From an uncultured Bacteroidales bacterium (GTDB taxonomy: Bacteria > Bacteroidota > Bacteroidia > Bacteroidales > Paludibacteraceae), in the NCBI GenBank assembly GCA_903927945.1, contig CAIYOZ010000158.1, positions 1 to 54,471 of the forward strand: 54,471 nt of DNA. Reading direction: 5' to 3'. Position 1 is the stretch's first letter. The number at the start of each line of letters is the position of its first letter. Positions 47,186-54,471 of this stretch are shown piece after piece. The notes below the pieces were generated by a model that was given only the letters and a program-made list of their open reading frames with translations, was not told the DNA's origin and searched no databases. A program made the position numbers and the translations under genes.

Positions 47186-48703
47186 TTATTGGTTGATTAA
47201 GAATTTCGAAGAAAGTTTATTTCCATTTTCAAGGTGGACTTGCAACAGATAGACCCCTTTTTCTAATCCACTGACGTTTATTTCCTGTTCACTGGTTTTT
47301 TGAAGCAACATCTTACCGCTCACATCAAATATTGAGCTCCTTGTAATTTTCTCATTGCAAAGTATTTGAAGCAAACGATTATTATCTACGTAAATTTTCA
47401 AACGGTTATCCTGGACTTCAGGTAGTCCCGTTGCACTCGAAAAGCTGAACCATTGCATTTTTACCCCGGTAGTTCCTGTGCTTGTTATGCGTAATGTTTG
47501 CTTCCCGGCAGGAAGATTCACATTAATCGTTCTTGTATCCCAATTATTGACACCTCCGGTTGAAGTGACAGTTTGAGTTATCAGGTCCACATTATTGGAG
47601 GTGATCTTAAAAGTGGGATTGATTCCGGCTGTATTAGCAATTCTCAATGTCAGGGGATATACTCCGGCTGAGGGCACATTGATAAAATACTCGGCATATA
47701 GGTTATTGTCGAAACTTCCAATCTGGATGGGAAACGTACTGGATAAATCAGTTGATGCTTCCAGTTTTACCGGATACGAACGCATATAATCCTTCGCAGC
47801 AATTTTCTCATTGACACCATAAAAACGTGTGCTGTCAAAGGAAGACATATTCACGTAAATCTGTCCTAATTCGGTTAATGTTCCCGCCGGTACTGTACCT
47901 TGCACTTTTCGAAGCAGTTGCATATATGGAAAGTCTCCATCATTACCGCTACGGGGAATAAACCAGGCATATTTTGCCACCAATGGATTCAGCTCCAAGG
48001 ATTCTATCTTTTGAACCATTCCATCACGCTGGTAAGCATATCCAACAGAAGCACTGGTAGTCATGGGTGGATTATATTCCCAGGCACAAAATTCAGTCAT
48101 CCAAATTGGTTTATTGTATTTTGCAAATTTATTGACGTACCATACTGTCGCCGTCGAAGGATCGTTCATATAGGTATGGATAGCAATTCCATCAATGTCT
48201 GAAAGTGGAACTAACTGGAAAAACGCATCCAACCATACATTTGGATCCCCATAACCCGATAACGTACCAAAGTTCATAGCCGGAGAAATGATTTTCAAAT
48301 TTAAGGCTACGGCGAGCGCTTTCAGCTTAGGCCATTTGGCAGCGGCTTGAGCCGGAGTCATATTTGCTTGATCGGTCAGGTTCGGTTCATTATAAGCTAA
48401 AATATATTTGCATTCGGGATGGGCTGTCATAAACGTTCTTAAATTTGTTTCGTTTATATCATTCCACGCCATGGGGTAATAATCCATCTTATTAGTACTG
48501 TTATTATAGACATTGTCTACAGCATTGGGGGATGTTCCCCAATTATAAAACCAGGATATACCCTTCGAAAGAGCCGGTAGATCTCCTGTATATGGTATAT
48601 CATAAGAGACACCACGTTTAGCACTTCTTCTCTGAGAATGAGCTATTTGAATAAAACCTAGAAAAATAACGGTCAGAAAGAGTACCTGTGTGATTTTTTT
48701 CAT
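47186..48703 (-). CDS. GH128 beta-1,3-glucanase with CBM6-like module and T9SS CTD (paralog of 21017-22474)
   Basis: KRGVSY, WFYNW, YPMAW, LAYNEPN, IAIHTY, PIWMTEF and KYAWF; STGGVNNW (CBM6-like); GVYLLQV CTD. Confidence 0.88.
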   Translation of the reverse strand: MKKITQVLFLTVIFLGFIQIAHSQRRSAKRGVSYDIPYTGDLPALSKGISWFYNWGTSPNAVDNVYNNSTNKMDYYPMAWNDINETNLRTFMTAHPECKYILAYNEPNLTDQANMTPAQAAAKWPKLKALAVALNLKIISPAMNFGTLSGYGDPNVWLDAFFQLVPLSDIDGIAIHTYMNDPSTATVWYVNKFAKYNKPIWMTEFCAWEYNPPMTTSASVGYAYQRDGMVQKIESLELNPLVAKYAWFIPRSGNDGDFPYMQLLRKVQGTVPAGTLTELGQIYVNMSSFDSTRFYGVNEKIAAKDYMRSYPVKLEASTDLSSTFPIQIGSFDNNLYAEYFINVPSAGVYPLTLRIANTAGINPTFKITSNNVDLITQTVTSTGGVNNWDTRTINVNLPAGKQTLRITSTGTTGVKMQWFSFSSATGLPEVQDNRLKIYVDNNRLLQILCNEKITRSSIFDVSGKMLLQKTSEQEINVSGLEKGVYLLQVHLENGNKLSSKFLINQ

Positions 48704-48714
48704 CCTGATTTAAT

Positions 48715-50943
48715 TTATAGTAACTTGAATGTTGCCGGTTTTCCACTTTGACTATCAGTTGATATCCAAGCCTGAAAATCACCTGGTTCTGCCCGGTTTA
48801 TCATATCCGTGTTGTAAAATGCTAATTGCTCTGTATTCAGTGTGAAATTAATTGTTCTTGTTTCTCCTGCTTTCAGGCTGATCTTTTGAAATCCCTTTAA
48901 TTCTTTTACAGGACGTGCCAGGGATGCCACTAAATCACGTACATAGAACTGGGCCACTTCTGCCGCATCAAATTTTCCTGTATTCGTTATCTCACAGGAA
49001 ACAGTGATGCTTTGACCTTGCGAAATGCTGTTTTTTGAGATCTTTACTCCTGAATAATGAAAGGCAGTATAGGATAATCCAAATCCAAAAGGAAATAGTG
49101 GGCCGTCACCGGCATCCAAATGATAACTGGTGTTGCCGAGTGAAGTTTGATTAGCCCCCACCGGTATTTTGTCAATCATCGTCATTTTATCCGCTGGACG
49201 ACCTGTCATTTTATGAGCGTAATAGATGGGAACCTGACCCACCATGCGTGGTAAGGTAACCGGTAATTTACCCGAAGGTACCGCTTTCCCGAAAATCAAA
49301 TCAGCTAACGCCGGACCTGCCATGGTTCCTCCGTGAAATGCATATAGTACGGCATCGGCTTCCGAAACTTCTTTCCCGATAGTCAACGGTCGTCCTGCCA
49401 TTACAACCATCACAACGGGTTTGCCTGTATTTTTCAGGGCCGTCAATAAGGCCGATTGAGCCCCGGGTAAACTAATATCTGCCCTGCAATGTGCTTCTCC
49501 CGACAATTGGCTTTCTTCTCCCACAAAAAGTAAAACTACATCTGCCTTCCTGGCGGCTAATACAGCTTTTGCAATTCCTTGGGCATTCATATCGCGACTA
49601 TAAGTCAATCCTTTTTCAGCAATCACCTTGACTTTCGACCCATATAAATTCTGTATGGCGGCAAGGGGAGTAACACTATGCGAAGGTTCTGCATCAAAAC
49701 ACCAGGTGCCCAGTTGATCGGCGGGTGAATCGGATAAAGGGCCAATAACAGCCACCGATTTAACAGCTTCGTTTAATGGTAACAAGTTTCTGTCATTTTT
49801 AAGTAAAACGGCACTTTCAATGGCAGTCTGTTTGGCTTTTTCGAGGGATTCCTCAGTATAAAAAGGCATGTTAGCAGGTTCTTTCGTATAGGGATGATCG
49901 AACAATCCCAACCGGTATTTCAACCGCAGTATATTTCGGACGGATTCATCAATTTGTTTTTCAGAAATGACACCCGATTTTACCAATTCCTCTATGTGAT
50001 TGATATAAGCATAGCTCATCATATCCATGTCAACCCCTGCTTTGACAGCTTTTTGAGTAGCGTCTTTTAAATCGTTGCATACCCCGTGTTTGATCATCTG
50101 GTCGATCGAGGCCCAGTCACTGACCAGGATGCCTGAATAGTTCCATTCTTTGCGGAGTATTTGGCGGTTTAGGAATTCATTCCCCGAAGAGGGAACCCCA
50201 TTGATATCATTGAATGAACACATGAACGTGGCAACACCTGCATCGACAGCCATTTTAAAAGGCGGCAGATAAACATCCCGTAGTTGAACCTCCGGAATCC
50301 AGGTGGTATTGTAATCTTTCCCCGATTCTGTAGCTCCGTACCCGGCAAAATGCTTGGCACAGGCAGCCAGGGAAGTGGGATCGGAAAGATTCTTACCTTG
50401 AAAACCTTTTATCATGGCTACCCCCATTTGGGAGGTCAGATAGGGGTCTTCTCCACACGATTCGGCAATGCGTCCCCAACGGGGGTCACGGGCTATATCT
50501 ATCATAGGAGCGAATGTCCAGCGAATTCCGGTGGAAGTAGCTTCAAGGGCTGCCACGCGTGCACCACTTTCAATCAGTTGTGTGTTCCATGTGGCTGCCT
50601 GACCCAGGGGGATGGGAAAAATTGTCTTGAATCCGTGTATCACATCCCTGGCAAAAAGAAGTGGAATACCCAACCGGCTTTCCTTGACAGCCTTCCTCTG
50701 CAATTCATTTGTTGTTTTTAAATCCAGCTCATTCAATATTGAACCGACTTTACCCGACTTGATTTGACTGATCATGTCTTTCGACAAACCGGTCCCGGTT
50801 AACTGGTTCATTTGCCCAATTTTTTCCTGCAGGGTCATCCTCGACAACAATTCATCTATTTTTGCCTCTATTGGATCATTTGTGTGAGCACACCCAACAA
50901 GGACAATGGTAAGCATGATAAAAAACAACTTCTTCTTAAACAT
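48715..50943 (-). CDS. bglX: GH3 beta-glucosidase, BglX-type, predicted lipoprotein
   Basis: Lipobox LVGC; EKIGQMNQ, DVIHGFKTIFPIPL, RDPRWGRIAE, CAKHFAGYGA, VSDW and FPFGFGLSY; no T9SS CTD. Confidence 0.9.
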   Translation of the reverse strand: MFKKKLFFIMLTIVLVGCAHTNDPIEAKIDELLSRMTLQEKIGQMNQLTGTGLSKDMISQIKSGKVGSILNELDLKTTNELQRKAVKESRLGIPLLFARDVIHGFKTIFPIPLGQAATWNTQLIESGARVAALEATSTGIRWTFAPMIDIARDPRWGRIAESCGEDPYLTSQMGVAMIKGFQGKNLSDPTSLAACAKHFAGYGATESGKDYNTTWIPEVQLRDVYLPPFKMAVDAGVATFMCSFNDINGVPSSGNEFLNRQILRKEWNYSGILVSDWASIDQMIKHGVCNDLKDATQKAVKAGVDMDMMSYAYINHIEELVKSGVISEKQIDESVRNILRLKYRLGLFDHPYTKEPANMPFYTEESLEKAKQTAIESAVLLKNDRNLLPLNEAVKSVAVIGPLSDSPADQLGTWCFDAEPSHSVTPLAAIQNLYGSKVKVIAEKGLTYSRDMNAQGIAKAVLAARKADVVLLFVGEESQLSGEAHCRADISLPGAQSALLTALKNTGKPVVMVVMAGRPLTIGKEVSEADAVLYAFHGGTMAGPALADLIFGKAVPSGKLPVTLPRMVGQVPIYYAHKMTGRPADKMTMIDKIPVGANQTSLGNTSYHLDAGDGPLFPFGFGLSYTAFHYSGVKISKNSISQGQSITVSCEITNTGKFDAAEVAQFYVRDLVASLARPVKELKGFQKISLKAGETRTINFTLNTEQLAFYNTDMINRAEPGDFQAWISTDSQSGKPATFKLL

Positions 50944-51057
50944 TTTTATTCCTCTAATTTTATAATTGATATGAAAGTGTTCAATCCTGTGAATTTTGAT
51001 TTAATTAAAATTAACGATATAAAATAGAAATCAAAACTTGTATAGATTCGAACATTG

Positions 51058-51065
51058 CAAAAGTA
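51058..51065 (-). promoter_or_regulatory. Bacteroidota sigma70 -7 element of the right-hand operon
   Basis: Minus strand reads TACTTTTG(C), about 115 nt upstream of the bglX start. Confidence 0.7.
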
Positions 51066-51096
51066 TTTATTATTTACTGCCAACACAAATTATTAT

Positions 51097-51205
51097 CCTC
51101 ACAAAAACTCTACACAGTCAAATATTTGCCACGACATTCCCACTACATTAACTCATCTAAAATACTGTTTTACTGCATGTTGTGTTTTTTTATGTTATAT
51201 AACAT
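51097..51205. promoter_or_regulatory. Putative operator array, copy 2
   Basis: Same five blocks as 28994-29101, including the perfect palindrome ATGTTATATAACAT (51192-51205). Confidence 0.7.
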
Positions 51206-51315
51206 ATATCAACATAGATTATAACCAAAAAAAAACTATTAAAATTGACACACATAATGACCATAAATCACATTTTTGACTCCGAAGAATGACATTTAAC
51301 TTCCAATACACAATC

Positions 51316-54207
51316 ATGAAAAAATTTAATACCTTTTTACTCCTTCTTTTGTTTGTATTTCAAGGTCTTTTCGCGATTCAACCCACTATCCGGAACTTTA
51401 ACCGGAAAGTATCGATGGCCGGAACCCAAAACTGGCACATCATTCAACATAAAAATGATTGGATGTATTTTGCGAATAATATAGGCCTGCTGGAGTATGA
51501 TGGCAATCGTTGGTCAACCTATCCAATCCGGAATTACACGAATGTCCGTTCCCTGTATTATGATGAATCAGCCGATCGTATTTACGCCGGTGCTTTTAAT
51601 GAATTTGGATATTACGCCCGAAATAAATCAGGAATACTGATTTACCACACATTGGTAGAAAAAATCAAACTGCAGGATCGGTATTTTACTGAAATCTGGA
51701 ATATCCATAAAATCGATAATACCTTTTATTTTCAGGGAGATAATGAGATTTTCTTTTATAAAGGGGATAAAATAAACCGTTTCCCTTTTAAAATCAAGAT
51801 CGATTGCTCGGCGGTTGTGAATAATTCACTGATCATTTCAAACCTTCAGGATGGACCCTCTTTCTTAAATGGAAATATGTTTATGAAATTCCCGGGGGCT
51901 GACATCCTGAAGAATAAAAAGATTTGCGCTATACTACCTTTCGATAAGACAAAAATATTGTTCGTGACCGATTTCTATGGTTTGTTCGTATTCAACGGTG
52001 AAAAAATAGAAGCGTACAAGACGGATATCGATGCATTCCTTTCCGAAAACCAGGTGTTCTGTGCCACGATAGAAGGATCAAAGCTGGCACTTGGTACGGT
52101 GAGGGACGGATTAGTGGTGAAAGACCTGATCACCAATTCAAATCTGTTCTCCAACACTTTCTCAGGGATGCAGAATAATACGATTCTAAGCATTGCCTTC
52201 GATCATCAACATAATCTGTGGCTGGGGCTGGACAAAGGGATTGATTATGTGTTGATTAATTCGCCTATCTACGATTTATTTGGGAACAGCCAATTGTTTG
52301 GTGCAGGTTATAGTTCATTTATCCGCAATAAAACGCTTTATTTAGGCACCAACCAGGGACTATATACCACTTCATACCCCTTGCAAAATTCACCAAATCC
52401 CTTGCCCGTAAAACTATTGCCTAAAATGCAGGGACAAGTCTGGAGCCTGACATTGATCGACAAAACCATATTTTGCGGAACCGATCACGGGGCATTTATT
52501 ATTAATGAAAACAAGGTGGAACAAATACCCGGGATACCCGGCACCTGGGGCTTCCGGAAATTGCAGCATTCGCCAAATTGTATATTGGGATGTTCCTATC
52601 AGGGGTTTTTTATCCTGAAAAACAGCAACGGAAACTGGAAACTGTCAAATTTTATCAAGGGATTTTCTGATACAGGGGGTATGTTCGAAGAAGATGACGA
52701 AGGATGTATTTGGTTTAGCCACTGGATTAAAGGGATTTCCAGGCTTACATTGAATGCACGTTTGGATAGTATTTCGAAAATTGAACACTTCGACACCACG
52801 AAAGGTTTCCCCACAAACAGGGATAACACCATCTACAGAATCAACAAGAAGATCGTATTTTCAACGCAAAACGGGTTCTATAGCTACAATTATAAATCCA
52901 GGCATATTGAACGTTCATTAGAACTACAACACATATTTGGAGTCCCCTCCCATTCCATTAAACTGAATGAAACTCCCGACGGTAACCTATGGTGTACTTC
53001 CTATTCATTTATCGGGGCGGCTTTTAAACAAAAAAACAATAAATACAACCTGGATACCCTTTCATTCTCAAGCCTTAAAAACAAACTGATCAGTGGCTTC
53101 GAACATTTCAATTTTATTAACAACAACAATATTATCATTAGCACCGAGGATGGTTTCTCCTGGGTTGATCTCTCGAAAATAAAAAAGGAGAAAAGCTTTT
53201 TCAATGTCGCCATCCGGAATGTATATCTGACCAACGAAAACGATTCAATAGTCAGTGGGTATCAATCCTCTCAAAACAAAAACCAGGTTCCGGAATATGA
53301 TCACATGCATAATTCCATCAGGTTTGAATATGTAGCTCCCGAATATCGAAATGAAGCCTCGGTGACTTACAGTTACCTGCTTGATAATTACGATTCAAAG
53401 TGGTCAGCTTTTACCCCTGTAAATACTAAAGAGTACACGAAACTTAAAAAAGGCACGTACATATTCAGGGTCAGGGCAAAGAGCTTGCTGGAAGCCGAAT
53501 CGGTGGAAACAGCGTATGAATTTACCATTCTACCTCCCTGGTATGAAAGTAAATTTGCATATTTCATTTATTTTCTCCTGCTTGCATTCAGTATCTTTCG
53601 ATTGATAATCTTTATTAATGAACGCTCCGAAAAAGGTGCCCGCGATATGGAAGTTCAGAAAGAACTGGAACTTAAAGAACAGGAAAAGCGCTTTGAAGAA
53701 GACGCCAAGGAAAAGAGAAAAGAAATCGTGGAATTAAAGAACCAACGGTTGAATCATGACTTACGCCATAAATCACAGGAACTGGCGAGTTCAACGATGA
53801 ATTTAATCCGCAAAAATGAAATCCTGCTTGAAATATCCCAGAATTTGACAAAGGTGAGCTCTGGTATCAATGAACAGTCGGAACCTCATTCCATCCTCAA
53901 GGTAATTGCCAAAATGCAGGACAACATCAAGCACAATATCGAACACGACAACAACTGGAAACGATTCGCCGAGAACTTTGACCTGGTATACGAAAACTAC
54001 CTCATGCGCCTCAGTGAGCGATTCCCTGTCCTGACCATCAGCGACAAGAAACTCTGCGCCTACCTCAAAATGGATTTATCTTCGAAAGACATTGCCCCCT
54101 TGCTCAACATGTCCTTCCGCAGTGTAGAGATGAGCCGTTACCGCCTGCGCAAAAAAATGGAACTCGACAGGGATATCAACCTATCCGAATTCCTCCAGAA
54201 TTTCTAA
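51316..54207 (+). CDS. Membrane-anchored one-component PUL regulator: periplasmic beta-propeller sensor, Y_Y_Y domain, TM helix, coiled coil, LuxR-type HTH
   Basis: QNW..., NLWLGLDKGI propeller repeats; YSYLLDNYD...EYTKL.KGTYIF (Y_Y_Y); PPWY + TM; LCAYLKMDLSSKDIAPLLNMSFRSVEMSRYRLRKK HTH; no kinase or receiver motifs. Start at MKKFNTF (51316). Confidence 0.88.
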   Translation: MKKFNTFLLLLLFVFQGLFAIQPTIRNFNRKVSMAGTQNWHIIQHKNDWMYFANNIGLLEYDGNRWSTYPIRNYTNVRSLYYDESADRIYAGAFNEFGYYARNKSGILIYHTLVEKIKLQDRYFTEIWNIHKIDNTFYFQGDNEIFFYKGDKINRFPFKIKIDCSAVVNNSLIISNLQDGPSFLNGNMFMKFPGADILKNKKICAILPFDKTKILFVTDFYGLFVFNGEKIEAYKTDIDAFLSENQVFCATIEGSKLALGTVRDGLVVKDLITNSNLFSNTFSGMQNNTILSIAFDHQHNLWLGLDKGIDYVLINSPIYDLFGNSQLFGAGYSSFIRNKTLYLGTNQGLYTTSYPLQNSPNPLPVKLLPKMQGQVWSLTLIDKTIFCGTDHGAFIINENKVEQIPGIPGTWGFRKLQHSPNCILGCSYQGFFILKNSNGNWKLSNFIKGFSDTGGMFEEDDEGCIWFSHWIKGISRLTLNARLDSISKIEHFDTTKGFPTNRDNTIYRINKKIVFSTQNGFYSYNYKSRHIERSLELQHIFGVPSHSIKLNETPDGNLWCTSYSFIGAAFKQKNNKYNLDTLSFSSLKNKLISGFEHFNFINNNNIIISTEDGFSWVDLSKIKKEKSFFNVAIRNVYLTNENDSIVSGYQSSQNKNQVPEYDHMHNSIRFEYVAPEYRNEASVTYSYLLDNYDSKWSAFTPVNTKEYTKLKKGTYIFRVRAKSLLEAESVETAYEFTILPPWYESKFAYFIYFLLLAFSIFRLIIFINERSEKGARDMEVQKELELKEQEKRFEEDAKEKRKEIVELKNQRLNHDLRHKSQELASSTMNLIRKNEILLEISQNLTKVSSGINEQSEPHSILKVIAKMQDNIKHNIEHDNNWKRFAENFDLVYENYLMRLSERFPVLTISDKKLCAYLKMDLSSKDIAPLLNMSFRSVEMSRYRLRKKMELDRDINLSEFLQNF

Positions 54208-54233
54208 CTTTTCTAGCCGACATCGAACAAACC

Positions 54234-54270
54234 AAACAACCCGAAAGTATCAATTCTTTCGGGTTGTTTT
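54234..54270. terminator. Bidirectional terminator between the regulator and the convergent gene
   Basis: AAACAACCCGAAAG / CTTTCGGGTTGTTT perfect 14-bp stem. Confidence 0.8.
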
Positions 54271-54359
54271 GAATATTTTATTTCAACCAGTGTTAGAATG
54301 TAACGTAATCTTCTAATTTAACACTTACTTTTTTCTTCCTACCGACTATAAACTATAAG

Positions 54360-54471
54360 CTACCGACTCTTACTATACTTCATTTCAATGATAAAAGCCA
54401 CCAGCAATCCCAATCCCCCGAATAACAATACCGAAGCACCGTACACCACCCCTGAAATCTCATAAGCATTA
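54360..54471 (-). CDS. 3' end of a small membrane protein gene (DUF6249-like C-terminus), truncated by the window edge
   Basis: Minus frame reads NAYEISGVVYGASVLLFGGLGLLVAFIIEMKYSKSR*; the LFGGLGLL.AF.IE helix resembles Bacteroidota DUF6249 proteins. Confidence 0.55.
   Translation of the reverse strand, partial: NAYEISGVVYGASVLLFGGLGLLVAFIIEMKYSKSR

Noticed and set aside
766-50721. Many 60-200 aa ORFs lying antisense or out of frame within the large genes (e.g. 7165-7767, 18323-18799, 50284-50721)
   Set aside because: Shadow ORFs of well-supported genes, with no family motifs or independent expression signals.
50812-51279. Two short plus-strand ORFs (71 and 74 aa) in the divergent region
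   Set aside because: They overlie the bglX start and the conserved promoter module; no coding features.
54339-54379. Degenerate heptamer run (CTACCGA CTATAAA CTATAAG CTACCGA)
   Set aside because: Short, imperfect and overlapping a stop codon; no function can be supported.
1-54471. tRNA, rRNA, prophage or defence genes
   Set aside because: None recognised; coding space is accounted for by the PUL.

Overview
Bacteroidota (probably Bacteroidales) DNA. Almost the whole window (about 664-54207) is one very large polysaccharide utilization locus, most simply read as targeting beta-1,3-glucan. It has one SusC/SusD pair, a divergent membrane-anchored propeller/Y_Y_Y/LuxR-type regulator, and two long minus-strand operons (about 50943->30114 and 28783->664). 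These encode GH16, GH64, GH81, 2x GH128, 3x GH3, 2x GH2, a DUF5107-like protein and five apparently non-catalytic modular proteins. Fifteen of the 19 large proteins end in a T9SS C-terminal sorting domain, so this looks like a PUL fused to a secreted enzyme and binding-protein arsenal. Both operons are preceded by the same collinear ~150-bp promoter/operator module. Most intergenic gaps hold stem-loops whose mismatches become G-U pairs on the mRNA strand. The left edge is the right end of an IS66 element and the right edge is the 3' end of a small membrane-protein gene. All family calls come from motif recognition by eye, with no database searches.
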